Source of the DNA: Eledone cirrhosa
Taxonomy: Eukaryota
Length of the DNA: 64,000 nucleotides
Direction: 5' to 3'
Assembly: GCA_964016885.1 (NCBI GenBank)
Contig: OZ024741.1
Coordinates: forward strand, 2,542,001-2,606,000
Shown here: piece by piece, positions 48,301-63,300 of the stretch
Layout: every line of letters starts with the position of its first letter
Numbering within the stretch: the first letter of the stretch is position 1
The notes under the pieces: generated by a model
The model's input: only the letters and a program-made list of their open reading frames with translations
Told to the model about the DNA's origin: nothing
Database searches by the model: none
Position numbers and translations under genes: made by a program

Positions 48301-51300
48301 GTATAGCTGTAAGGACAGTGTATATGTGTATAGGTGTAAGGACAGTGTATAGGTGTATAGGTGTAAGGACAGTGTTTATGTGTAAGGACAGTGAATAGTT
48401 GTAAGGACAGTGTAGAGGTGTAAGGACAGTGTATAGGTGTAAGGACAGTGTATAGGTGTAAGGGCAGTGTATAGGTTTAAGGAGAGTATATAGGTGTAAG
48501 TACAGTGTATAGGTGTAAGGGCAGAGTATAGGTGTCAGGACAGTGTGTAGATGTAAGGACATTGTATAGGTGTAAGGACAGTGTATAGGTGTAAGGGCAG
48601 TGTATATATGTAAGGACACTGTATAGGTGTAAGGACAGTGTATAGGTGTAATGAGGGTGTATAGGTGTACGAACAGGGTATAGGTGTAAAAACCGTGTAC
48701 AGGTTTAAGGACAGTGTACCTGCGAAATGACAGTGTATATGTGTAAGGACAGTGTAGAGGTGTAAGTACAGTGTACAGGCGTAAGGACAGTGTATAGGTG
48801 TAAGGAGAGTGTATAGGTGTAAGGACAGTGTAGAGGTGTAAGAACAGTGTATATGTGTAGGGACAGTGTATAGGTGTGAGGACAGTGTATAGGTTTAAGG
48901 AGAGTGTGCATAGGTGTAATGACAGTGTATAGGTTTAAGGACAGTGTATAGGTGTAAGGACAGATTATAAGTGTAATGACAGTGTATAGGTGTAAGGATA
49001 ATGTATAGGTTTCTGGAGAGTGTATAGTTGTAATAACAGTGTATAGGTGTAAAGACAGTGTATATGTGTATAGGTGTAAGGACAGTGTATAGGTGTAAGG
49101 ACAGTGAATAGTTGTAAGGACAGTGTATAGGTTTAAGGAGAGTGCAAAGGTTTGATGGCAGTGTATATGCTTATGGACAGTGTATAGATGTAAGGACAGT
49201 GTATATGTGTAAGGAAAGTGTATTATTGTAAGGACAGTGTATAGGTTTAAGGAGAGTGCAAAGGTTTGATGGCAGTGTATATGCTTATGGACAGTGTATA
49301 GGTGTAAGGACAGTGTATAGGTGTAATGGCAGTGTATAGGTATCAGGACAGTGTGTAGATGTAAGGACAGTGTATAGGTGTAAGGACAGTGTATAGGTGT
49401 AAGGACAGTGTATAGGTGTAAGGAGGGTGTATAGGTGTAAGAACAGGGTATAGGTGTAAAGAGAGTTTACATGTTTAATGAAAGTATACAGGTTTAAAGA
49501 CAGTGTGTAGATGTAAGGACAGTGTATCGGTTAAAGACAGTGTATAGGTGTAAGGACAGCGTATAGATGTAAGGACAGTGTAGAGGTGTAAGGTTAGTGT
49601 AGAGGTTTAAGGATAGTGTAGAGGTGTAATGAGAGTGTAGAGGTGTCAGGACAGTGTATAGGCGTAAGGACAGTGTATAGGTGTAAGAACAGTGTGTAGC
49701 TGTAAGGACATTGTATAGGTTTAAGGACAGTATATAGGTGTAAGGACAGTGTAGAGGTGTAAGGACAGTGTATAGGTTTAAGGAGAGTATATAGGTGTAA
49801 GGACAGTGTATAGGTGTAAGGGCAGTGAACAGTTGTTAGTACAGTATATATGTGTAGGGACAGTGTATAGGTGTAAGGGCAGTGTATAGGTGTAAGGACA
49901 GTGTATAGGTGTAAGGACAGTGTATAGGTGTAAGGACAGTGTATAGTTTTCTTTAGAGTGTATAGGTGTAATTACAGTGTATAGGTGTAAGGACAGTGTA
50001 TAAGTTTAAGGACAGTGAATAGTTGTAAGGACAGTGTATATGTGTACGGACAGTGTATAGGTGTAAGGACAGTTTATAGGTGTAATGGCAGTGTATAGGT
50101 GTCAGGACAGTGTGTAGATGTAAGGACAGTGTATAGGTGTACGGACAGTGTATATGTGTAAGGACAGTGTATAGGTGTAAGGAGGGTGTATATGTGTAAA
50201 GACAGTGTATAGATGTAAGGACAGTGTATAGAATAAGGACAGTGTATAGGTGTAATGGCAGTGTGTAGGTGTCAAGACAGTGTATAGATGTAAGGACAGT
50301 GTATAGGTGTAAAAACAGTATATAGGTGTACGGACAATTTATAGGTGTAAGGACAGTGTATAGGTGTAAGGACAGTGTATAGGTATAATGACAGTGTATA
50401 GGTGTAAGGACAGTGTAGAGGTGTAAGGACAGTGTATAGTTGTAAGGACAGTGTATAGGTATAAGGACAGTGAACAGTTGTTAGGACAGTGTATATGTGT
50501 AGAGACAGTGTATAGATGTGAGGACAGTGTATAGGTGTAAGGACAGTGTATAGGTATAAGGACAGTGTAAAGGTGTAAGGGCAGTGTAGAGGTGTAAGGA
50601 CAGTGTATAGGCGTAAGGACAGTGTATAGGTGTAAGGACAGTGTATAGTTCGAGGACAGTGTATAGGTTTAAGGACAGTGTACAGGTGTAAAGACAGTGC
50701 ATAGATGTAAGGACAGTGTATAGGTTAAGGGCAGTGTTTAGGTGTAAGGACAGTGTACAGGTGTAAAAACAGTGTAGATATGTAAGGACAGTGTATAGGT
50801 TAAGTACAGTGTATAGGTATAAAGACGGTGTATAGATGTAAGGACAGTGTATAGGTGTGAGGGCAGTGTATAGGTGTAAGGACAGTGTATAGGTGTAAGG
50901 ACAGTGTATAGGTGTAAGGACAGTGTAGAGGTGTAAGGACAGTGTACAGGTGTGGGGACAGTGTATAGGTTTAAGGAGAGTGCATAGGTGTTATGACAGT
51001 GTATAGGTTTAAGGACATTGTATAGGTGTAAGGACAGCGTATAAGTGTAAGGACAGTGTATAGGTGTAAGGACAGTGTATTGGTTTCTGGAGAGTGTATA
51101 GTTGTAATAACAGTGTATAGGTGTAAAGACAATGTATATGTGTATAGGTTTAAGGACAGTGTATAGGTGTAAGGACAGTGAATAGTTGTAAGATCAGTGT
51201 ATATGTGTAAGGACAGTGTATAAGTTTAAGGACAGTGTATAGGTTTAAGGAGAGAGCGTAGGTGTAATGACAGTGTATAGGCTTAAGGACAGTGTATAGA

Positions 51301-54300
51301 TGTAAAGAGAGTGTATAGGTGTAAGGAGGATGTATAGGTGTAAGAACAGGGTATAGGTGTAAAGACAGAGTACAGGTTTCATGAAAGTGTATAGATGTAA
51401 GGACAGTGTAGAGATGTAAGGACAGTGTAGAGGTATAAGGACAGTGTAGAGGTGTAATGACAGTATATAGGTGCAAGGACAGTATATAGGTGTACGGACA
51501 GTGTAGAGGTGTAAGGACAGTGTATATGTTTAAGGAGTGTATATAGGTGTAAGGACAGTGTATTGGTGTAAGGGCAGTGTATAGGTGTAAGGACAGTGTA
51601 TAGGTGTAAGAACAGTGTATAGGTGTAAGGACAGTGTATAGGTGTAAGGACAATGTAGAGGTATAAGGACAGTGTATTTGTGTAAGGACAGTGTATAGGT
51701 GTAAGGACAGTGTATAGGTTTAAGGAAAGGGCATAGGTGTAATGACAGTGTATAGGTTTAAGGACAGTGTATAGGTGTAAGGCCATTGCATAGGTGTAAG
51801 GACAGTGTATAGGTTTCTTGAGAGTGTATAGGTGTAATGACAGTGTATAGGTGTAAGGACAGTGTATAGGTGTAAGGACAGTGTATAGGTGTATAGGTGT
51901 AAGGACAGTGTATAAGTGTAAGGACAGTGAATAGTTGTAAGGACAGTGTATATGTGTAAGGACAGTGTATAGGTGTAAGGGAAGTGTATAGGTGTCAGGG
52001 CAGTGTGTAGATGTAAGGACAGTGTATATGTGTAAGGACAGTGTATAGGTGTAATGGCAGTGTATATGTGTCAAGACAGTGTGTAGGTGTAAGGACAGTG
52101 TATAGATGTAAGAGCAGTGTATAGGTGTAAGGACAGTGTATAGGTGTAAGGACAATGTAGAGGTGTAAGGACAGTGTATAGGTATAAGGACAGTGAATAT
52201 TTGTAAGGCCAGTGTATATGTGTAAGGACAGTGTATAGGTGTAATGGCAGGGTATAGGTGTCGGGACAGTGAGTAGATGTAAGGACAGTGTATAGGTGTA
52301 ACGACAGTGTAGAGGTGTAAGGGCAGTGTATAGGTGTAAGTGAACTGTAGAGGTGTAAGGACAGTGTAGAGGTGTAAGGACAGTGTATAGGTGTAAGGAC
52401 AGTGTATAGGTTTAAGGAGAGTATATAGGTGTAAGTACAGTGTATAGGTGTAAGGGCAGTGTATAGGTGTCAGGACAGTGTGTAGATGTGAGGACAGTGT
52501 ATAGGTGTAAGGACAGTGTATAGGTATAAGGACAGTGTATAGATGTAATGACAGTGTATAGGTTTAAGGACAGTGTAGAGGTGTAAGGGCAGTGTAGAGG
52601 TGTAAGGACAATGTATAGGCGTAAGGACAGTGTATAGGTGTAAGGACAGTGTATAGGTTAAGGACAGTGTATAGTTCGAGGACAGTGTATAGGTGTAAGG
52701 ACAGTGTACAGGTGTAAAGACAGTGCATAGATGTAAGGACAGTGTATGGGTTAAGGACAGTGTATAGGTGTAAGGACAGCGTACAGGTGTAAAGACAGTG
52801 TAGAGATGTATGGACAGTGTATAGGTTAAGGACAGTGTATAGGTATAAGGACAGTGTATAGATGTAAGGAAAGTGTATAGGTGTGAGGACAGTGTAGAGG
52901 TGTAAGGACAGTGTATAGGTGTAAGGACAGTGTATAGGTTTAAGGAGAGTGTATAGGTATAATGACAGTGCATATGTTGTATAGGTGTAAGGGCAGTGTA
53001 TAGGTTTAAGGACAGTGTATAGGTGTAAGGACAGTGTAGAGGTGTCAGGACAGTGTATATGTGTAAGGACAGTGTACAGTTGTGAGGACAGTGTATAGGT
53101 TTAAGGAGAGTGCATAGGTGTAATGACAGTGTATAGGTTTAAGAACATTGTATAGGTGTAAGGACATCGTATAAGTGTAAGGACAGTGTATTGGTGTAAG
53201 GACAGTGTATTGGTTTCTGGAGAGTGTATAGTTGTAATAACAGTGTATAGGTGTAAAGACAGTGTATATGTGTATAGGTGTAAGGACAGTGTATAGGTGT
53301 AAGGACAGTGTATATGTGTAAGGACAGTGTATAAGTTTAAGGACAGTGTATAGGTTTAAGGATAGAGCATAGGTGTAATGACAGTGTATAGGCTTAAGGA
53401 CAGTGTATAGATGTAAAGACAGTGTATAGGTGTAAGTAGGATGTATAGGTGTAAGAACAGGGTATAGGTGTAAAGACAGTGTACAGGTTTAATGAAAATG
53501 TATAGATGTAAGGACAGTGTAGAGGTGTAAGGACAGTGTAGAGGTATAAGGACAGTGTAGAGGTGTAATGACAGTGTATAGGTGTAAGGAGAGTTTAAAG
53601 GTGTAAGGGCAGTGAACAGTTGTTAGTACAGTGTATATGTGTAGGGACAGTGTATAGATGTAAGGTCAGTGTATAGGTGTAAGGACAGTGTATAGGTGTA
53701 AGAACAGTGTATAGGTGTAAGGACAGTGTATAGGTGTAAGGACGATGTAGAGTCGTAAGGACAGTGTATTTGTGTAAGGACAGTGTATAAGAGTAAGGAC
53801 AGTGTACAGGTTTAAGGAAAGGGCATAGGTGTAATGAGAGTGTATAGGTTTAAGGACAGTGTATAGGTGTAAGGACAGTGTATAAGTGTAAGGACAGTGA
53901 ATAGTTGTAAGGACAGTGTATATGTGTAAGGACAGTGTATAGGTGTAAGGAGAGTGTATAGGTGTAATGGCAGTGTATAGGTGTCAGCACTGTGAGTAGA
54001 TGTAAGGACAGTGTATAGGTGTAAGGACAGCGTATATTTATAAGGAGAGTGTATAGGTTTAAGGACGGGTGTATAGGTGTAAATACAGTGTATAGATGTA
54101 AGGACAGTGTATAGGTTAACACAGTGTATAGGTGTAATGGCAGTGTATAGGTGTCAGGACAGTGTGTAAATGTAAGGACAGAGTATAGGTGTAACGACAG
54201 TGTATAGGTGTAAGGACAGTGTATAGGTTAAGGACAGTGTATTGTTCAAGGACAGTGTATAGGTTTAAGGCCAGTGTACAGGTGTAAAGACAGTGCATAG

Positions 54301-57300
54301 ATGTAAGGACAGTGTATAGGTTAAGGACAGTGTATAGGTGTAAGGACAGTGTACATGTGTAAAGACAGTGTAGAGATGTAGGGGCAGTGTATAGGTTAAG
54401 GACAGTGTATAGGTATAAGGACAGTGTATAGATTTAAGGAAAGTGTATAGGTGTAATGACAGTGTATAGGTGTAATGACAGTGTAGAGGTGTAAGGGCAG
54501 TGTATAGTTGTAAGGACAGTGTATATATGTAAGGACTGTGAACAGTTGTTAGGACAGTGTATATGTGTAGAGACAGTGTATAGGTATAAGGGCAGTGTAT
54601 AGGTGTAAGCACAGTGTATAGGCGTAAGGACAGTGTATAGGTGTAAGTAGAGTGCATAGGTGTAAGGACAGTGTATGGGTTTCTGGAGAGTGTATAGGTG
54701 TAATGACAGTGTATAGGTGCAAGGACAGTGTATAGGTGTAAGGACAGTGTATAGGCGTAATGACCGTGTATAGTTGTAAGAAGAGTGTATAGGCGTAAGG
54801 ACAGTGTATGGGTTTCTGGAGAGTGTATATGTGTAATGACAGTGTATAGGTGCAAGGGCAGTGTATAGGTGTAAGCACAGTGTATATCCGTAAGGACAGT
54901 GTATAGGTGTAAGAACAGTGTTGAGGTGTAAGGACAGTGTAGAAGTGTAAGGACAGTGTATAGGTGTAAGGACAGTGTATAGGTGTAAGGACAGTGTATA
55001 GGTGTAAGGGCAGTGTATAGGTGTCAGGACAGTGTGTAGATGTAAGGACAGTGTATAGGTGTAAGGACAGTGTATAAGTATAAGGAGAGTGTATAGGTGT
55101 AAGGACAGTGTATATGTGTAGGGACAGTGTATAGGTTTAAGGGCAGTGTATAGGTGTAAGGACAGTGTATAGGTGAAAGGACAGTGTATAGGTTAAGGGC
55201 ATTGTATAGGTTAAGGGCAGTGTATAGGTTTAAGGACAGTGTACAGGTATAAAGACATTGTATAGATGTAAGGACAGTGTATAGGTGTGAGGACAGTGTA
55301 GAGGTGTAAGGACAGTGTAGAGGTGTAAGGACAGTTTATAGGTTTAAGGAGAGTATATAGGTGTAAGGACAGTGTATAGGTGTAAGGGCAGTGAACATTT
55401 GTTAGTACAGTGTATATGTGTAGGGACAGTGTATAGGTGTAAGGGCAGTGCATACGGGTAAGGACATTGTATAGGGGTAAGGACAGTGTATTGGTGTAAG
55501 GACAGTGTATAGGTGTAAGGACAATGTATAGGTGTAAGGACAGTGTAGAGGTGCAAGGACAGTGTATAGGTGTAAGAACAGTGTAGAGGTGTAAGGACCT
55601 AGAGGTGTAAGGACAGTGTATAGGTGTAAGGACAGTGTATAGGTGTAAGGACAGTGTATAGGTTTAAGGAGAGTATATAGGTGTAAGTACAGTGTATAGG
55701 TGTAAGGGCAGTGTATAGGTGTCAGGACAGTGTGTAGATGTAAGGACAGTGTATAGGTGTAAGGACAGTGTATAGGTGTAAGGACAGTGTATAGGTTTAA
55801 GGAAAGGGCATAGGTGTAATGACAGAGTATAGGTTTAAGGACAGTGCATAGGTGTAAGGACAGTGTATAGGTGTAAGGACAGTGTATAGGTGTAAGGACA
55901 GTGTATAGGTTTCTGGAGAGTGTATAGGTGTAATGACAGTGAGTAGATGCAAGGACAGTGTATAGGTGTAAGGACAGCGTATAGGTGTAAGGACAGTGTA
56001 TAGGTGTAAGGAGGGTGTATAGGTGTAAAGACAGTGTATAGATGCAAGGACAGTGTATAGGTTAAGGACAGTGTATAGGTATAATGGCAGTGTATAGGTG
56101 TGAGGGCAGTGTGTAGATGTAAGGAGAGTGTATAGGTGTAAGAACAGGGTATAGGTGTAAAGACAGTGTGCAGGTTTAAGGAAAGTGTACAGGTGTAAAG
56201 ACAGTGTATAGGTGTAATGACAGTGTAGAGGTGTAAGGGCAGTGTATAGTTGTAAGGACAGTGTATATATGTAAGGACTGTGAACAGTTGTTAGGACAGT
56301 GTATATGTGTAGAGACAGTGTATAGGTGTAAGGGCAGTGTATAGGTGTAAGCACAGTGTATAGGCGTAAGGACAGTGTATAGGTGTAAATAGAGTGTATA
56401 GGTGTAAGGACAGTGTATGGGTTTCTGGAGAGTGTATAGGTGTAATGACAGTGTATAGGTGCAAGGACAGTGTATAGGTGTAAGGACAGTGTATAGGCGT
56501 AATGACAGTGTATAGGTGTAAGAAGAGTGTATAGGCGTAAGGACAGTGTATGGGTTTCTGGAGAGTGTATATGTGTAATGACAGTGTATAGGTGCAAGGG
56601 CAGTGTATAGGTGTAAGCACAGTGTATATGCGTAAGGACAGTGTATAGGTGTAAGAACAGTGTTGAGGTGTAAGGACAGTGTAGAAGTGTAAGGACAGTG
56701 TATAGGTGTAAGGACAGTGTATAGGTGTAAGGACAGTGTATAGGTGTAAGGGCAGTGTATAGGTGTCAGGACAGTGTGTAGATGTAAGGACAGTGTATAG
56801 GTGTAAGGACAGTGTATAAGTATAAGGAGAGTGTATAGGTGTAAGGACAGTGTATATGTGTAGGGACAGTGTATAGGTTTAAGGGCAGTGTATAGGTATA
56901 AGGACAGTGTATAGGTGAAAGGACAGTGTATAGGTTAAGGGCATTGTATAGGTTAAGGGCAGTGTCTAGGTTTAAGGACAGTGTACAGGTATAAAGACAT
57001 TGTATAGATGTAAGGACAGTGTATAGGTGTGAGGACAGTGTAGAGGTGTAAGGACAGTTTATAGGTTTAAGGAGAGTATATAGGTGTAAGGACAGTGTAT
57101 AGGTGTAAGGGCAGTGAACGTTTGTTAGTACAGTGTATATGTGTAGGGACAGTGTATAGGTGTAAGGGCAGTGCATACGGGTAAGGACAGTGTATAGGGG
57201 TAAGGACAGTGTATAGGTGTAAGGACAGTGTATAGGTGTAAGGACAGTGTATAGGTGTAAGGACAGTGTAGAGGTGCAAGGACAGTGTATAGGTGTAAGA

Positions 57301-60300
57301 ACAGTGTAGAGGTGTAAGGACCTAGAGGTGTAAGGACAGTGTATAGGTGTAAGGACAGTGTATAGGTTTAAGGAGAGTATATAGGTGTAAGTACAGTGTA
57401 TAGGTGTAAGGGCAGTGTATAGGTGTCAGGACAGTGTGTAGATGTAAGGACAGTGTATAGGTGTAAGGACAGTGTATAGGTGTAAGGACAGTGTATAGGT
57501 TTAAGGAAAGGGCATAGGTGTAATGACAGAGTATAGGTTTAAGGACAGTGCATAGTTGTAAGGACAGTGTATAGGTGTAAGGACAGTGTATAGGTGTAAG
57601 GACAGTGTATAGGTTTCTGGAGAGTGTATAGGTGTAATGACAGTGAGTAGATGCAAGGACAGTGTATAGGTGTAAGGACAGCGTATAGGTGTAAGGACAG
57701 TGTATAGGTGTAAGGAGGGTGTATAGGTGTAAAGACAGTGTATAGATGCAAGGACAGTGTATAGGTTAAGGACAGTGTATAGGTATAATGGCAGTGTAGA
57801 GGTGTGAGGGCAGTGTGTAGATGTAAGGAGAGTGTATAGGTGTAAGAACAGGGTATAGGTGTAAAGACAGTGTGCAGGTTTAAGGAAAGTGTACAGGTGT
57901 AAAGACAGTGTATAGGTGTAATGACAGTGTAGAGGTGTAAGGACAGTGTATAGGTGTAAGGAGAGTGTATAGGAGTAAGGACAGTGTATGAGTTTCTGGA
58001 GAGTGTATAGGTGTAATGACAGTGTATAGGTGTAAGGACAGTGTATAGGTGTATAGGTGTAAGGACAGTGTATATGTGTATAGGTGTAAGCACAGTGTAT
58101 AGGTATAAGGACAGTGAATAGTTGTAAGGCCAGTGTATATGTGTAAGGACAGTGTATAGGTGTAATGGCAGTGTTTAGGTGTCGGGACTGTGTGTAGATG
58201 TAAGGACAGTGTATAGGTGTAACGACAGTGTAGAGGTGTAAGGGCAGTGTATAGGTGTAAGGGAACTGTAGAGGTGTAAGGACAGTGTAGAGGTGTAAGG
58301 ACAGTGTATAGGTGTAAGGACAGTGTAGAGGTGTAAGGACAGTGTAGAGGTGTAAGGACAGTGTATAGGTGTAAGGACAGTTTACAGGTTTAAGGAGAGT
58401 GTATAGGTGTAAGTACAGTGTATAGGTGTAAGGGCAGTGTATAGGTGTCAGGACAGTGTGTAGATGTGAGGACATTGTATAGGTGTAAGGACAGTGTATA
58501 GGTATAAGGACAGTGTATAGATGTAAGGACAGTGTATAGGTGTAAGGACAGTGTAGAGGTTTTAATGGCGGTGTAGAGGTGTAAGGACAGTGTATAGGTG
58601 TAAGGACAGTGTAGAGGTGTAATGGCGGTGTAGAGGTGTATGGACAGAGTATAGGCGTAAGGACAGTGTATAGGTGTAAAGACAGTGTATAGGTTAAGGA
58701 CAGTGTATAGTTCGAGGACAGTGTATAGGTTTAAGGACAGTGTACAGGTGTAAAGACAGTGCATAGATGTAAGGACAGTGTATAGGTTAAGGACAGTGTA
58801 TAGGTGTAACGACAGTGTACAGGTGTAAAGACAGTGTAGAGATGTATGGACAGTGTATAGGTTAAGGACAGTGTATAGGTATAAGGACAGTGTATAGATG
58901 TAAGGACAGTGTATAGGTGTGAGGACAGTGTAGAGGTTTAAGAACAGTGTAGAGGTGTAAGGACAGTGTATAGGTGTAAGGACAGTGCATATGTTGTATA
59001 GGTGTAAGGGCACTGTATATGTGTAAGGACAGTGTATAGGTGTAAGGACAGTGTAGAGGTGTCAGGACAGTGTATATGTGTAAAGACAGTGTACAGTTGT
59101 GAGGACAGTGTATAGGTTTAAGGAGAGTGCATAGGTGTAATGACAGTGTATAGGTTTAAGAACATTGTATAGGTGTATGGACATCGTATAAGTGTAAGGA
59201 CAGTGTATTGGTTTCTGGAGAGTGTATAGTTGTAATAATAGTGTATAGGTGTAAAGACAGTGTATATGTGTATAGGTGTAAGGACGGTGTATAGGTGTAA
59301 GGACAGTGTATATGTGTAAGGACGGTGTATAAGTTTAAGGACAGTGTATAGGTTTAAGGAGAGAGCATAAGTGTAATGACAGTGTATAGGCTTAAGGACA
59401 GTGTATAGATGTAAAGACAGTGTATAGGTGTAAGGAGGATGTATAGGTGTAAGAACAGGGTATAGGTGTAAAGACAGTGGACAGGTTTAATGAAAGTGTA
59501 TAGATGTAAGGACAGTGTAGAGGTGTAAGGACAGCGTAGAGGTGTAAGGACAGTGTAGAGGTATAAGGACAGTGTAGAGGTGTAATGACAGTGTATAGGT
59601 GCAAGGACAGTATAGAGGTGTAAGGACAGTGTATAGGTGTAAGGAGAGTTTATAGGTGTAAGGGCAGTGAACAGTTGTTAGTACAGTGTATATGTGTAGG
59701 GACAGTGTATTGGTGTAAGGGCAGTGTATAGGTGTAAGGACAGTGTATAGGTGTAAGAACAGTGTATAGGTGTAAGGACAGTGTATAGGTGTAAGGTCGA
59801 TGTAGAATTGTAAGGACAGTGTATTTGTGTAAGGACAGTGTATAAGTGTAATGACAGTGTACAGGTTTAAGGAAAGGGCATAGGTGTAATAAGAGTGTAT
59901 AGGTTTAAGGACAGTGTATAAGTGTAAGGACAGTGAATAGTTGTAAGGACAGTGTATATGTGAAAGGACAGTGTATAGGTGTAAGGAGAGTGTATAGGTG
60001 TAATGGCAGTGTATAGGTGTCAGCACTGTGAGTAGATGTAAGGACAGTGTATAGGTGTAAGGACGGTGTATAGGTGTAAATACAGTGTATAGATGTAAGG
60101 ACAGTGTATAGGTTAAGGACAGTGTATAGGTGTAATGGCAGTGTGTAGGTGTCAGGACAGTGTGTAGATGTAAGGACAGTGTATAGGTGTAACGACAGTG
60201 TATATGTGTAAGGACAGTGTATAGGTTAAGGACAGTGTATAGTTCAAGGACAGTGTATAGGTTTAAGGACAGTGTACAGGTGTAAAGACAGTGCATAGAT

Positions 60301-63300
60301 GTAAGGACAGTGTATAGGTTAGCGACAGTGTATAGGTGTAAGGACAGTGTACAGGTGTAAAGACAGTGTAGAGATGTAGGGACAGTGTATAGGTTAAGGA
60401 CAGTGTATAGGTATAAGGACTGTGTATAGGTTTAAGGACAGTGTATAGGTGTAAAGACAGTGTATAGGTTTAAGGACAGTGTAGAGGTGTAAGGAAAGTG
60501 TATATGTGTAAGGACAGTGTATAGGTGTGAGGACAGTGTATAGGTTTAATGAGAGTGCATAGGTGTAATGACAGTGTATAGGTGTAAGGACAATGTATTG
60601 GTTTCTGGAGAGTGTATAGTTGTAATAACAGTGTATAGGTGTAAAAAACAGTGTATATGTGTATAGATGTAAGGACAGTGTAAAGGTGTAAGGGAAGTAT
60701 ATAGGTGTCAGGACAGTGTATAGGTGTAAAGACAGTGTACAGGTTTAAGGAAAGTGTACAGGTGTAAAAAAACAGTGTATACATGTAAAGACAGTGTATA
60801 GATTAAGGACAGTGTATAGTTGTAAGGACAGTGTATAGGTTTAAGGACAGTGTATAGGGGCAAGGACAGTGTATAGGTGTAAAGACAGTATATAGGTGTA
60901 AGGAGAATGTATAGGTGTAAGGAGAGTGTATACGTGTAAGGACAGTGTATAGGTATAATGACAGTGTATAGGTGTAAGGACAATGTATTGGTTTCTGGAG
61001 AGTGTATAGTTGTAATAACAGTGTACAGGTGTAAAGACAGTGTATAGATGTAAGGACAGTGTATAGGTTAAGGACAGTGTATAGGGGCAAGGACAGTGTA
61101 TAGGTGTAAAGACAGTATATAGGTGTAAGGAGAATGTATAGGTGTAAGGAGAGTGTATAGGTGTAAGGACAGTGTATAGGTATAATGACAGTGTATAGGT
61201 GTAATGACAGTGTAGAGGTGTAAGGGCAGTGTATAGTTGTAAGGACAGTGTATAGATGTAAGGACTGTGAACAGTTGTTAGGACAGTGTATATGTGTAGA
61301 GACAGTGTATAGGTGTAATGGGCAGTGTATAGGTGTAAGCACAGTGTATAGGCGTAAGGACAGTGTATAGGTGTAAGTAGAGTGTATAGGTGTAAGGACA
61401 GTGTATGGGTTTCTGGAAAGTGTATAGGTGTAATGACAGTGTATAGGTGCAAGGACAGTGTATAGGTGTAAGGACAGTGTATAGGTATATAGGTGTAAGG
61501 ACAGTGTAGAGGTGTAAGGACAGGGTATAGTTGTAAGGACAGTGTATAGGTGTAAAGAGAGTGTATAGGTGTAAGGACAGTGTATGTGTTTCTGGAGAGT
61601 GTATAAGTGTAATGACAGTGTATAGGTGCAAGGACAGTGTATAGGTGTAAGGACAGTGTATAGGTGTATAGGTGTAAGGACAGTGTATAGGTGTAAGGAC
61701 AGTGTATATGTGTAGGGACAGTGTATAAGTGTAAGGGCAGTGTATAGGTGTAATGACAGTGTATAGGTGCAAGGGCAGTGTATAGGTTTAAGGACAGTGT
61801 ACAGGTGTAAAGACATTGTATAGATGTAAGGACAGTGTATAGGTGTGAGGACAGTGTAGAGGTGTAAGGACAGTGTAGAGGTGTAACGACAGTGTATAGG
61901 TGTAAGGACAGTGTATACGTTTAAGGAGTGTATAGTTGTAATGTCAGTGTACATGTTGTATAGGTGTAAGGGCAGTGTATAGGTGTAAGGACAGTGTATA
62001 AGTGTAAGGACAGTGTATAGGTGTAAGGACAGTGTATAGGTGTGAGGACAGTGTATAGGTTTAAGGAGAGAGCATAGGTGTAACGACAGTGAATAGGTTT
62101 AAGGACCGCGTATATGTGTAAGGACAGTGTATATGTGTAAGGACAGTGTATTGGTTTCTGGAGAGTGTATAGTTGTAATAACAGTGTATAGGTGTAAAGA
62201 CAGTGTATATGTGTATAGGTGTAAGGACAGTATATAGGTGTAAGGACAGTGAATAGTTGTAAGGACAGTGTATATGTGTAAGGACAGTGTATAAATGTAA
62301 GGACAGTGTATAGGTTTAAGGAGAGTGCATAGGTGTAATGACAGTGTGTAGGTGTAAGGACAGTATAGAGGTGAAAGGACAGTGTATATGTGTAAGGAAA
62401 GTGTATTTGGTTTAAGGACAGTTTATAGGTTTAAGGAGAGTATATAGGTGTAAGGGCAGTGTGTAGGTGTAAGGACAGCGTATAGGTGTAAGGACAGTGT
62501 ATAGGTGTAAGGAGGGTGTATAGGTGTAAGGACAGTGTATAGGTGTAGGGGCAGTGAACAGTTGTTAGTACAGTGTATATGTGTAGGGACAGTGTATAGG
62601 TGTAAGGGCAGTGCATAGGTGTAAGGACAGTGTATAGGGGTAAGGACAGTGTATAGGTGTAAGGACAGTGTATAGGTGTAAGGACAGTGTATAGGTGTAA
62701 GGACAGTGTATATGTGTAAGGACAGTGTATAGGTGTAAGTACAGTGTATAGGTGTAAGGGCAGTGTATAGGTGTCAGGAAAGTGTATAGGTGTAAGGAGG
62801 GTGTATAGGTGTAAAGACAGTGTATAGATGCAACGACAGTGTATAGGTTAAGGACATTGTATAGGTATAATGACAGTGTATAGGTGTCAGGGCAGTGTGT
62901 AGATGTAAGGAGAGTGTATAGGTGTAAGAACAGGGTATAGGTGTAAAGAGAGTGTGCAGGTTTAAGGAAAGTGTACAGGTGTAAAGACAGTGTATAGATG
63001 TAAGGACAGTGTATAGTTTAAGTACAGTGAATAGGTTTATGGACAGTGTATAGATGTAAGGACAGTGTTTAGTTGTAAGGACAGTGTATAGGTTTAAGGA
63101 GAGTGCATAGGTATAATGACAGTGTATAGGTGTAAGGACAGTGTACATGTGTAAAGACAGTGTAGAGACGTAAGGACAGTGTATAGGTTAAGGACAGTGT
63201 ATAGGTATAAGGACAGTGTATAGATGTAAGGACAGTGTATAGGTGTGAGGACAGTGTAGAGGTGTAATGACAGTGTAGAGGTGTAAGGACAGTGTATATG